Positions 24,542 through 36,980 of a DNA stretch of 64,000 bases are shown in pieces. Source of the stretch: Zootoca vivipara (taxonomy: Eukaryota); assembly GCF_963506605.1 (NCBI RefSeq), contig NC_083285.1, forward strand, positions 21,700,001-21,764,000. Direction: 5' to 3'. The position numbers were made by a program, and so were the translations under genes. Below the pieces are notes generated by a model, which made no database searches, had not been told where the DNA came from, and worked only from the letters and a program-made list of their open reading frames with translations. Every line of letters begins with the position of its first letter. Position 1 is the stretch's first letter.

Positions 24542-25028
24542 GGTAAGGTAAAAGGTAAAGGACCCTTGGACGGTTAAGTCCAGTCAAAGGTGATTATGGG
24601 GTTGTGGCGCTCATCTTGCTTTCAGGCCGAGGGAGCTGGCATTTGTCCAAAGACAGCTTTCCGGGCATAGCTGCCAAGTTTTCCCTTTTCTTGCGAGGAA
24701 GCCTATTCAGCATAATGGAAAATCCCTTTAAAAAAGGGATAACTTGGCAGCTATGTTTCCGGGTCATGTGGCCAGCATGACTAAGCCGCTTGTGGCACAA
24801 CAGAAAACTGTGATGGAAACCAGAGCAAACAGAAACACATTTACCTTCCCCTGCCACAGTGGTACCGATTTATCTACTTGCACTGGCATGCTTTAGAACT
24901 GCTAGACTGGCAGGAGCTGGGACAGAGCAATGGGAGCTCACTCTGTCATGGGGACTCGAACCACTGATCTTTTGATTGGCAAAGCCCAAGAGGCTCAGTG
25001 ATTTAGACCACAGCGCCACCCACGTCCC
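24542..25028 (-). mobile_element. Sauria SINE (interrupted by a MITE)
   Basis: (ACCTTT)n-type tail read as aaaggtaaagg; 5' end reads gggacgtgggtggcgctgtgg on the minus strand. 13-bp TSD aataaaaataata at 24529-24541 and 25029-25041. Confidence 0.92.
24666..24755 (+). mobile_element. 90-bp hAT MITE, copy 1
   Basis: TIRs catagctgccaagtt / aacttggcagctatg. TSD tttccggg at 24658-24665 and 24756-24763. Confidence 0.95.
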
Positions 25029-26362
25029 AATAAAAATAATAAAACCCTCTAGTCTGGATTGTAGCTGCAGTTTTTCAATAGGATATTTAAATGGTTTCTT
25101 GGCTCAGGAAAAGAACCCCATTCATAACACCACTTTGGTATTTCCTTGTCTTACTTCTGGAAGATGCAATTATTTCAGATTATGTGAGCCCGCACAAAGG
25201 ATAGTGGCATACTGTTCCAGTACAGGGCAAGACGCTGACAATTTCTGACCTTCTAGCATTCCAAGCTGTCAGATATTTTCAAAGTGACCTTTTATGCTGC
25301 AATTTATTTGCCATTTGGTGTCAGTCACAGATAACCCTGACTCTCTCAGATCACAGAAGTGTTGCTAATGTTAACTTCCCACCTGAATAAGTGACTTACG
25401 ACATCATTTTAAATGTTTACAAACCATTAAATGTGCAGCAGCCTGAACTTTGTGGGCAAAAAGAAAAAAAAGTGACATCATTTTAACCTTTCCCATACAG
25501 GATTTCTGAATTTTATAAGACTTGGTATTTGAATGTTTTAGAAGATAAGTCACAACTAGCGCTGTGTGGGAGCCTCTCATCCAGTCTCTCGACATTTTTC
25601 TTCCCTGTGAAAGAGGCTTCATTTCAAGGCGGCCGAGGCTGGTGTGTGAGTTTTTCTCCCATTCTTCAGCCTCCCTTAATGCCTGTGCTTCCTTATATGA
25701 AAAAGAAAAACCCATGGAAGAAGTTCTTCCCCAAGGTTTTAATTGAAGCCCAGCAGGCTGATTATTAAGGAACTGAGACTGATGTGCCCACTAATTTTGT
25801 TTTTCAGGGAGGTCATCCTTTTTACCATTTAAAAAACCTTTACATGCTCATTCCTTTAAAAGGAAAAAAGACTTCACAGTAAAACCAATGAGCAGCTGCG
25901 AGGAGCATAGTTTACTGCCTACTCACCTGATTGAACTTACAGGACAGAGCATCCAAGAAGGTTGTGGAATGCAAACTACCAGAAAGATGATTTTCAAAAT
26001 GAAAGAAATGACTCTCACATCACATAATGACATTGAGATAAGATAAGCACAACAATAGCCCCACTCATGACAATTCCAGCTATTCTCTCACCCTCATTTG
26101 TTAATTTGTGGATGCAATTTCCTTTCCCATTAATTGATGGAGAATGGTTTTAAAAATGCTAGATCATTTTTCCACACAGCACTAGTGACAAATAATAGGG
26201 AGAGTAGAACATGTTTCTAGGCAGGTATTAAGATGGAGAAAGCTGGACCAGATATAATGAAGGTCTATCAGTTGAGATTGGGAATGGGAAACATGTGACC
26301 TTTCAGATGTTGGTGAAATGCAACTCCCATCAGCCCCTGCCTGCATGGCCAATGGTGTAGAG

Positions 26363-26496
26363 CAGGCATCCCCAAACTTCGGCCCTCCAGATGTTTGGAC
26401 TACAATTCCATCTTCCCCAACCACTGGTCCTGTTAGCTAGGTATTATGGGAGTTGTAGGCCAAAACATCTGGAGGGCTGCAGTTTGGGGATGCCTG
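26363..26496 (+). mobile_element. 134-bp hAT-Charlie-type MITE, copy A
   Basis: TIR caggcatccccaaact / agtttggggatgcctg. TSD gtgtagag at 26355-26362 and 26497-26504. Confidence 0.95.
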
Positions 26497-26595
26497 GTGT
26501 AGAGAGTTGTATTCCAACAACATCTGGAGGACTGCTGCTTCCCCATCCCTAACATGTTAACTCCTACTGAGAGAAGTGAAGAAAAGTACCACATA

Positions 26596-26950
26596 AAAGG
26601 TAAAGGTAAAGGGACCCCTGACCATTAGGTCCAGTCGTGACCGACTCTGGGGTTGCGGCGCTCATCTCACATTATTGGCCGAGGGAGACGCCGTACAGCT
26701 TCCAGTTCATGTGACCAGCATGACAAAGCCACTTCTGGCGAACCAGAGCAGCACATGGAAATGCCGTTTACCTTCCCGCTGGAGCGGTACCTATTTATCT
26801 ACTTGCACTTGACGTGCTTTCGAACTGCTAGGTTGGCAGGAGCAGGGACCGAGCAACGGGAGCTCACCCCGTCACGGGGATTTGAACCGCCAACTTTCTG
26901 ATTGGCAAGCCCTAGGCTCAGTGGTTTAACCCACAGCGCCACCCGCGTCC
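26596..26950 (-). mobile_element. Sauria SINE, near full length
   Basis: aaaggtaaaggtaaagggacccc...ccacagcgccacccgcgtcc. Colinear with 24542-25028 once the MITE is removed. Confidence 0.93.
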
Positions 26951-28456
26951 TCAAAGTCCGACATAATTCTAGTTAATTCTAATTGACGAAAACTAGTTAA
27001 TTCTAGTTGACGGAAAACATCTGCCCAGAATTTTTGCTCCTCTTCCACCTGATTTCAAGCCAACTGGAGTTCCACGCCATACAGTGTGCCCTGTTCAAAA
27101 GGATTACTGGGGGGAGACAAGATGGGTGCACAAAGCGTTTTGCATTTGTACCATCACTGGATAAACACTTAATAATTCATTGTGGCAAGACCTTTTGTAG
27201 TCTAGGAAGCACTATCAAATACATAATAATTTATGTACAGATACTTTATGTATAGATAGAAAGATAATACTTTTTCTATCTATATATGTAATAACAATTA
27301 ATCAGCAGCAGCAGCAGCGAGGCCCAGTATACGGAACTCAGAAGAAGACTATGCAGACGATTAGATCCCAAGTCAAAGCACCCAAAATTCTGCTGAAATA
27401 TTCATAAATATGAAAACTAATAACTGTTAGCGTAAATGAGAAATATTGTTTTGATAATTTGTTGCTAAACAGAGAAATGTATTTTTGGCTTCAAAAGTAG
27501 ACTGGCCCTAGGAGAACAAAGCTTAAAAAGAGGGTTCTGGCATCACAACGAGTCTCTTCTAAGGATGATTCATAGGTCGGGATAGGTCAGTTTCAATACA
27601 ATCAGCAAGGACGTTTACCAGAAGGACATTGCTTAAAGTTTCTGCCACTGAGCCTGTGAGCACATCCACACACAGAAAGAAACAGACCACAAATTAGTTC
27701 CATACACATTTAAGTATATTACATATTTTTGGAGAACATTCTGACATAAATCTTTCACAGTCCATTGTCATGAACAAAGCACACCATAGATCATGATTCT
27801 TTTTCTTTTTAAAAGAACCACCAAAGGGGAAGAAGGGGGGGCACCTATTTGTTTTGTTTTCTTTCAGACAATGGACCAAGTTTTTTTAAAAAAAAAGCAC
27901 AGGGGGAGGGGGGTGGAACCTTATGCATTTCACTTTGAAAAGACCAAGTCATTTACTAAAGGGCACGTGGGCAGATCCTGAAAATCTGGCTTCTAATTGC
28001 TTTTGAGTGGGAGCTCAAGAGTCATATCACTGCTGCAGTTAACATCGAGATGTATTTAGAGCTGGCACATGTGCTGTCTTAACAGTGCACTTTCCCTCTG
28101 CCTAGCCTCTAGGAGATGCATACATTTCTGCAGCGGCACCAGCTTGCCCCCGTAACAGCGGTTGCCTGGGGCCGTGCACACCACGGGGCAGGCGTGTGCG
28201 ACATAAGCATGCCTGGCGGCGTGCGCAAATGATGTCAGAATGTCCTGTGCATGCTGTCAGGCGTAGTGAAGTCGGATGTGCGTGGTGCCGGGCATGCTGA
28301 CTTCGAATGCCAAAATTTGTAGGTGCCTAGCCACTTCAAAGGGAATTTTGTGGGTGCTAGAGCACCCAGAGCACCCAGGACCCAGCACCTATGCTCTTTT
28401 GCATCCCTTAGGTTAGGGGAAACCCTCCTGAAGGCCTATTATAGACCTGTGGGGGG

Positions 28457-28460
<4 letters not shown>

Positions 28461-28519
<59 letters not shown>
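28461..28519. repeat. (GA)n microsatellite
   Basis: Perfect run. Confidence 0.97.
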
Positions 28520-28520
<1 letters not shown>

Positions 28521-28948
28521 AATCCAACCCCAAAATTCCCTGGGATGAGGATCTTTGTGCTGGGTGTCAAGCTCAATCAGAAGTTCCTCATCCTATCTCA
28601 GCCAGAGCTACACTGGAACAAGTCCTTCATCCTGGCTCAGCTGGAACCAGGAGGTAATGGGGGGGAATAGTAGAAACATAGTAAGATGGGGCAGGTGGAG
28701 AACTTACTCTAATTCCATACTCTGTTCAGCTCAGTCAATCCAGCAAAAGTTATACTTGCAAAAAGGGTGGTGTAAGTCTATATTTTAAAGGCTTGCATTC
28801 CCTCTGCTAGGCTCAGGCTGGTTCGTCCAGCAGTAGCCCCTGTCCTATTAGGAGTTTGGCATAGAGGTAGATTATACTGGCATAATTACACTGCCTTCCT
28901 ATTGTTTGGGTTGTTCTGCCCACTCAGTAGCAAGGGTTCAACACACAA

Positions 28949-28949
<1 letters not shown>

Positions 28950-28997
<48 letters not shown>
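28950..28997. repeat. (ATT)n microsatellite
   Basis: Perfect run. Confidence 0.96.
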
Positions 28998-29050
28998 TCC
29001 ACTCATACTATCAGTATAATCAAGAATAAGAATAACAGTAGTTCAGATTG

Positions 29051-29289
29051 GAGGCTCCAATACTTTGGCCACCTCATGAGAAGAGAAGACTCTCTGGAAA
29101 TGTTGGGAAAGATTGAGGGCACAAGGAGAAGGGGACAACAGAGGACAAGATGGTTGGACAGTGTTCTCAAAGCTACAAACATGAGTCTGACCAAACTGCA
29201 AGAGGCAGTGCAAGACAGGAGGGCCTGGCGTGCTCTTGTCCATGGGGTCACGAAGAGTCGGACATGACTAAACGACTAAACAACAACAA
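29051..29289 (+). mobile_element. Bov-B LINE 3' fragment
   Basis: RLQYFGHLMRREDSLE...GTRRRG.QRTRWLD...DRRAWRALVHGVTKSRT and a (caa)n tail. Homologous to 17535-17783. Confidence 0.93.
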
Positions 29290-32200
29290 GTCCAAATTTA
29301 TATAGACACCCATAAACAGTGGCATAGTGTTGGGGGGCTGGGAGGGCTGTGGCCCCAGGAGCATTATTTTTTGAAGGAGTGCGACCAGGAGCCCCCACGA
29401 CACGCTCCCTCATTGGAGCCTGGCTCCAATGTGTGAGGGAGCTGTGGAGAAAGCATCCTCGGACGATGGCCCAATGCCACAGCAGCAACTCCGTTCCTGG
29501 GTCAAGCCAGACGTGGGGTAGAGAGAGGCTTCAGCGTGCAAGACGCATGGCCCAGCAGCTCCATCCCTGGCTCAAGCTGAGCTGCAGAGGGCTCCCTCTG
29601 TGCCACGCTTCCCCTTGGGACTGCGCCCTGCATGCCCACCTTGGGTGGCATTTGCAAACACTCTGCCACTGCCCATCAAAAAATATTCCCTGGGTAGGCT
29701 TACAAACAAAAAAGTGCCAAACAAAATATTGTATAATAACAACAACAATAAACACTGCAAAATGAAACCCCCAATCACAACAGAGGCAAGGCAGAGCAGC
29801 CTGGATTTAAAACACAATTTTAAAAGCTGGGTGAATACAAAGGTCTTCACTTGGTACTGATAGAAAAAGTGCCAGGTGAGCTGCACAGGGGAGGCTATTC
29901 TACAGTCAGAGTGTTACTACCAAAAAACAACAATCCTCTCTTTTGTAGCCACCCCTTGACAGGGACACCTGGAGCAGGGCAACCAAAAAGGGTGTCGAGG
30001 TTCAATTAGGCTTATGCAAAACGGGTGATCTTTCAGTTAGCTAAGCACCACAAATCATGTAAACTGAGCTACTCAAGTGAGCAGAACAACCTTGGAAGAG
30101 AAAACTCAAAAGATCACAGTTCTTCTTTCAGAAATAGAAAAGTCAGAACTTGTTCATTACGTGAAAGGGGGTATCCCACACGGCTGTCCCCTTTCAACAT
30201 AATGGGTAATGAGCATGACTCAATGGTGGAGCACATGTTTTGTGAGCAAAAGATACCACATTCAATTCTTGGCAAGTTGCATCGTCATATGGAGCTGGGA
30301 AGAACTTCTGCTTGAAACGCCATAGATCCATTGCTCATCAGTATCAACAGCGCTAAACTAGATGGACCAAGGATCTGGCTGAGTCTAAGTCAGCTTCCTA
30401 TATTCCTATGTTCTGTTACTCTGCTCACACAACTAGGTTACTGTATTAGCGTGAGAGTTATTTGTTGGAATTAGCCAGCTGCAGTAGCTTCTGCGTCCGT
30501 TCTGAAAGTCTTTTTGCACTCATTAACCTGTGCTGAGAACCAAAATTCCCATATCAAAATAAATGAGGGGCAGGTTTTTTTGTGCAAGGTCTATGTTCCC
30601 AGGTCATTTAAGACATGCCTTTATATTGTCAATGATATAATTCTAAGAGGGGGTTAAACAGCTGAAGTCATTGCTGCACCTCTCTATTTTTCTGTTTCAG
30701 CTGCCAGTTTCAACCATTTTGTAATCTAGCATTTATTTACAATCATGTGGGGTCTTCCCAGGAGGGAAGGCTGAACTCTATATCTTGCTTTAGATGTGAA
30801 ATAATATTGTTTTGTGCACACTAGGAGGCAATCTGCTAAAGCTACCAATTGCTAGCTACACAAGCATTCCTCTTTGGGTCTGGTATGTCATCATTTTTCC
30901 TGTATATATACGTAAAGCAAATATATGTTCCTACATTGCATGACTTGCCCAGTTCTCAAAGGTAGCATTTATCTTGCTGACTCGTTCTTGATAGGCAATG
31001 CTCAAGTACTTCCCCAAATGCTCAGCTTTTACTTCAGTCATCCGGTCCCTCTAATCTGCCTGAAACTGCCATATGCCCAGGCATTGATTCCTTGGCCTCT
31101 TACAGTTCAATCTCATCTGGTATGCCTCTGAAGAGATGAAGCACGCAGATTTGTTTTTAGTTTATTCCAATTTCTTCTCAACGACGTTGTACTTGGTTGT
31201 CCAGAACTTCAGAGAAGCCAAAGTCTTGATATGAACCTATCATGCATTCCTAAGCCTCAGAACTAGAATCAGCCACTCCTTTCCTTTTCTGCGGTAATTC
31301 GGGATTTATTTGCATGAGCTTCTGGCACATAACACATTGAGTCGGCATGCTGTGGCGAGCATCAAAACTGCAGCAAAGTTGTTCCTCTCCTTCCATCATT
31401 AGACATGCAGAAGATGGGATCACCATGACAGTGTCAGAGTGCCATGTACACTTGCTCACCACCCAAGTGCTAAACAAACAGCCAATTTAACACAGATCTC
31501 ATGCACTCCGTAAGCACTTTAATCCAGTTTGTAAAGCACTAGGAGGATGGTGTGAACCAACGTTGTCCTCTGAAGCATGCAAAGATATTCAAAGGAAAGC
31601 CTTGTCTTCTTCTTCTTTGGCAATCACTCGTAGCCAAGTAAGGTTGTTGCTGGTTCCCATCCCAGTGATTAATTTTCCATAGCTTGCGTTTGATTAAATT
31701 AATACTTTTTGTCAGGTAGTATATCACATCCCGATAGCTGTGGTATGATATGCCACTCAATCAATTGAAGTCACAGACCAGCTCCATGAATATGGCCAGG
31801 ATACATCTAACCACAGTCAAACTGTTCCTAGTAAGCATGAATAAGGAAAAGCAATTGTTAATAGCATATTGAAGACAATTACTTTTTTGTAGTGAGATGA
31901 CCACCTGTTATAAGAACATAAAAGCAGTCCTGTTGGGTCAAGCCAAAGGTCAATCTAGTCCAGCATCCTTGTCTCGTGGTTGCCAACCAGATGCTCCTGA
32001 AAGCTCTCAATCAGAACCTGTTTCATACGAAGAACACAAAAGATAGTGCCATGCTTGTTAATTAATTCCAGGTAAATAGCCTCCTGTTGTATCAGCTCAC
32101 TAGACTTTGCCATTTTTCTTTTCCTTTCTCTTTGTTTAAATAGAGTGAGCTTCAGGTTATTTTCAACTAATCCTAATTTAAACGTATGATGATGATGTCC

Positions 32201-33195
32201 AAATGATAAACAGGGGGAAATGATTGCAGCCAGATGGCTTTGATTGACAGGCTGCCTGGCACAGTTAATGCATGTGTCCAGGGAAGGTACTCATAGCACC
32301 TTTGGGGACTATGATGAGTGGTCAAATGTTAATTAGGAAGGAAGTTGTTCAGACTGCTACTAATTTTGTACTCCAAAGTTATGGGAATTGCATGACTTGG
32401 TCTAGAGGGCTAGAGAAGCATGCTCTCATCCATTTCAGTGGGTCTACAGTGAGTATGGGACCTGCTGGATTTAAGTTGGTTGAGTTTGTAAAATATATCC
32501 TTATTTATTTTCTTCTTTGTATAGGTAGCAAATAAATGGCTGACTGAAAGTTCACATACTTGGAAGATTCATACTGAAGGAATCTCATCAGTGTTGCAGT
32601 GAATAAATTTTATAGTTATGTGTAGTTGTTTATAGCTAAAACATCAAGATGTAAGGCACCGAATGTGTGTGATTTCATCACCAGGCCATGCCAAACAAAA
32701 GCAGCAGCAACAAAAGCCTCTTGACTATATCAAGCTTTAAAAACAGGCAACCAAAAAACCATGGCCCTTCTAAGGTGTTGATAGAATTTGCCATGTTGAG
32801 ATCTCCATATCAGTTCACAAGTAATTTGCATTCAGAGAAAAACCTGCCTTAACCAGTCTGCAATTATTCTATGCCTCATGAATTCAAGTTGGTCCCTGTG
32901 CATTAATTTGCCTATAAATCTTTAGTCTTTGTCACTAAAATCTTGGCATATATCTTTGCAGCAAGTTTAATTATTTAAATGGTACTATAATTTTCAAGAG
33001 CATTATCTCTAACGCTACACCACCCCTCCCTACCACAGTGGCTAATTACAGCATTTCTCACTCAGTGGCACAATTCACTTTTCCATGCCTGGAGAAAAGG
33101 ATGTTGCCAGAGCACAAATGGTTGTCACGAGCCGTATGCATTAAGATATACAGTATATGGTTCTGCCCCCATTCTTCTTTGGGGCATTTTGTGTT

Positions 33196-33995
33196 ATAGA
33201 ATCATAGAGTTGGAAAAGACCACAAGGGTCATCCAGTCCAACCCCCTGCCAAGCAGGAAACACAATCAAAGCATTCTTGACATATGGCTGTCAAGCCTCT
33301 TCTTAAAGACCTCCAAAGAAGGAGACTCCACCACACTCTTTGGCAGCAAATTCCACTACCGAACAGCTCTTTTGTCAGGAAGTTCTTCCTAATGTTTAGG
33401 TGGAATCTTCTTTCTTGTAGTTTGAATCCATTGCTCCATGCCCGCTTCTCTGGAGCAGCAGAAAACAACCTTTCTCCCTCCTCTATATGACATCATTTTA
33501 TATATTTGAACATGGCTATCATATCACCCCTTAACCGTCTCTTCTCCAGACTAAACATACCCAGCTCCCTAAGCCGTTCCTCATAAGGCATCATTTCCAG
33601 GCCTTTGACCATTTTGGTTGCCCTCCTCTGGACACGTTCCAGCTTGTCAGTATTCTTCTTGAACTGTGGTTCCCAGAACTGGACACAGTACTCCAGGTGA
33701 GGTCTGACTAGAGCATAAGTGGTACTATTACTTCCCTTGATCTAGATCAGGCATCCCCAAACTGCGGCCCTCCAGATGTTTTGGCCTACAACTCCCATGA
33801 TCCCTAGCTAACAGGACCAGTGGTCAGGGATGATGGGAATTGTAGTCCAAAACATCTGGAGGGCCGAAGTTTGGGGATGCCTGATCTAGATGCTATACTC
33901 CTATTGATGCAGCCCAGAATTGCATTGGCTTTTTTAGCTGCTGCATCACACTGTTGACTCATGTCAAGTTTGTGGTCTACCAAGACTCCTAGATC
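33196..33995 (-). mobile_element. CR1 LINE 3' fragment (interrupted by a MITE)
   Basis: Near-identical reverse complement of 6280-6866, extending further 5' ([38 protein letters not shown]). Confidence 0.95.
33748..33883 (-). mobile_element. 136-bp hAT-Charlie-type MITE, copy B
   Basis: Same TIR. TSD atctagat at 33740-33747 and 33884-33891. Confidence 0.95.
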
Positions 33996-35479
33996 TAAAG
34001 CTCTAATAATATACAATATCTGTTGTGGATAATAGAAATCATGGCAGATGTAGTCCTATGGGTACCAGACCCGCGAGTGAACAAAATAATGAAATGACAT
34101 CTTCCACAGTACTGGAGGGTCATGTAGAACATACACTTCCATTGCATAACATGGCTAGGAACCAACTCATCATTCACACGCCCAAGGTAACTTCGACCAA
34201 ACACCAGATCTGGTTCAAAGTAACCGGAAGCCTATTTTCATACGGTACAACATTTCCAACAGAGAAGTAGTTTCCTTCCACCACCCCCGCTCTAAGAGGA
34301 ATTATATTTTAAGCTCTTTTAAAACTGTTTGGATGAAAGATGGTCTACAAAAAAATAAATAAATGTCAGTCTATTAGACGAAGTTCACAGTTTATATCAC
34401 AACCTCCATTAATTCATGTACAAACATCTTTGTAATTATTGCAGTCCACAATATATTACTCCTTATGGGCAGCCAAATATAATCCATGAGAAATGGCTTT
34501 TTGACAAAGACGGTAATTATGAGGCCGTTTAGCAAGCGTTAATGAAAATGATTACATCCTTTATACATGCTGCACATTAATGGTAATCTTAAGGCTCCAT
34601 CATTAGTAAATGCAAATTGTTCTCACAGATGTGGTTTGTGGGTGTTTTGGTGGGTATTTGAATAAAATAGCATATTTTTATGAAGTCAGATTCCAAGATA
34701 TAAAGGGATTCCCTGGGAAAGAAAGAACAGTGGTAGGAGGCTCAGAAAAGTTTCACTTCCATCCAAGAGTACATTTATTATCGAATTCTTTCCCTTCAAA
34801 TCTGAAATGTGATTGTGACATTTTGTAAGAAATGGACCTGCTTTCCGTTTTAAGTGGGAGATGTGAGAAAGAATTTGCAGTGAGCCAAACCTGTTAAAGA
34901 GATGTTTCCATGAACAAATAGGGTGACAATCGGCCAATTATACTTGTTTTTCCTTGTGAAGAAAATGCTGGGACAGAACATGAATAAATCAAGAAACACC
35001 TGCAACCTTATCATTCATTTCATTAGACACTATGGCTACTTATAGAGAGAAACAACTTTCTCTACTGAATTATTTTCCTATCAAAACTTGAAGGTTTTTT
35101 TCCCTCTCTCTCTCCAGAGTTTAACTTTTCAATAAAGTCCATTGCAGATTTTGTCTGCACTGCATTGCAGAAATTTGCCGTTTTCAATTTCTCTGTTTCT
35201 CATTTTTCTACTCTTACATTCAACCCACTACATTTTTGCATCAGTTCGTGATTTATTTATTTTAAACCTACCGATATATTTTAATGGGCATTTCTCTTAC
35301 TATAATATGTAGCTTTGTGTACATTACATATTTTCCTAATATATTTTGTAATTTTGGTACATATATTTTCATTTGGGAACTGTATAACAATATCCAGAGA
35401 TGTGCAATTTTTAAATTATGTTTTTTTTTAAAAAAAAAGATTTCTTTTCACTTCACATTGTTCCAAGAAGTGTGAATTT

Positions 35480-35833
35480 CTGCATTTTTCGCTCCATAAG
35501 ACGCACCTGACCATAAGACGCACTTAGTTTTTAGAGGAGGAAAAGAAGGGGGGAAATATTCTGAATCAATGCCGCTATTGGCGGTGGTGGCAGAAGGGGG
35601 AGCAGCCCGCTTTCAGGTTTCTGATTTCGAGCTGGTCGTCCCTCCCCTGCCCCTCTGCCGCTGTTGGCGGCGGCGGCGGCGGAGGGAGGAGCAGCCATGT
35701 CTCCGGCGGCAGAGGTATCCCTCCGCTTGAGGGATCCTGCTGCCGTCCAGTGCCTTCGCTCCATAAACTGCACAGACATTTTCCCTTTGTTTTTAGGAGG
35801 GGGGAAGTGTGTGTTATGGAGTGAAAAATACGG
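35480..35833. mobile_element. Tc2/pogo-like non-autonomous element with a GC-rich core
   Basis: Termini ctgcatttttcgctccataagacgcac / gtgtgttatggagtgaaaaatacgg|TA. The left TA is degenerate. Confidence 0.75.
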
Positions 35834-35974
35834 TAGGTATTTTTTCATTGAAATGTGAAATGAATCAAATGCAGAGGAGAGGAGAGAAAAATCCTGACGT
35901 ATTTGAATGAATGCATTTTTAATCAGGGAAATTCTGACTTTGGGGTGCTTCTGTATAGGGTGCCTCTTTTTATA

Positions 35975-36559
35975 TCTATCTATATATAAATGTAACCAGA
36001 GCATGCTTGTGTGTCTCCACTTTTCACCGAAACCGCTGGACCAGTTGTGTTAAAATTTTGACACAACGTCACATGCAAATACACGAGGAAGCTAATGCAG
36101 TTTTTGTAGACAGATTTCACACCTGAGGCAGGAAAAACATGATTTTAGGTAAAAAACACAGTGCCCTCCAGTGGATGTCAAAGAAACCGAAGCCATTTCT
36201 TTTGGTATAGTGCATCTGCTGGATGTCAACATGGCCTTAGCTGCTGGCATTGGCTGCAGACTATCGGTGACATCACAAAAAACCATGGCAACCAAATGAA
36301 TATGGGCCTTCAACAGAAATCAACATAAACATTGGCCAGCTGGGAGAACCGGCTAGGCCGCAGGGGTTTGCGAGGGGACAGAACACGCTTGGGTGGGGGA
36401 GTCAGGGTTGGGACCGGGTGGAATTTTAAACAACACGCGTATTGGGAATGATTGTATGCAAAATGAAGGGGGACTCTGAAGGTTAGGGGACTCTGAAGGG
36501 GGACTCTGAAAGTCCATTTAACAGACTGAGCCACAGCAATGCATGGCCGGGCCAGCTAG
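35975..36559 (+). mobile_element. Non-autonomous Helitron
   Basis: A|TCTATCTATATATAAA 5' end. Subterminal hairpin gccacagcaatgcatggc, then CTAG|T. No TSD, consistent with rolling-circle insertion at AT. Confidence 0.8.
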
Positions 36560-36834
36560 TTTCCAATAAGAATCATGATTTTGCTGGTATGTTTCTGTCT
36601 TCTTCCTGGTGCCCATGAAGGAGCTTGCAGATTTATTATTGTAACCGATGTGAAGAGCTTAGAGACTTTGTTATCTTAAACAGTATATAAGGCTGTATAC
36701 ATGCCATACATTTAAAACACATGGCTTCCTACAAAGAATTATGGAGCTGCAATTTCCAGTGCCCTTAACAAACTACAGTTTCTGAAATTATTTTGGGGGA
36801 AGAGATGTGCTATATGCAGTCCACGTAATAAATA

Positions 36835-36929
36835 AATATTTAATGCTGTATTGCGTTTTTAATATTTGATTGGGAGCCGCCCAGAGTGGTTGGGGAAACT
36901 CAGCCAGATGGGTGGGGTATAAATAATTA

Positions 36930-36977
<48 letters not shown>

Positions 36978-36980
36978 CAA
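36835..36980 (+). mobile_element. LINE 3' tail (L2-like) with (ATA)n microsatellite
   Basis: gccgcccagagtggttggggaaactcagccagatgggtggggtataaat followed by (ata)n. Confidence 0.75.

Noticed and set aside
25501-25768. Possible exon after a polypyrimidine-CAG acceptor
   Set aside because: No recognisable protein in any frame and no partner exons.
29349-29765. 138-aa ORF
   Set aside because: Overlaps a GC-rich segment starting cagtggcatag (~29317), probably a degraded hAT relic. No protein motif.
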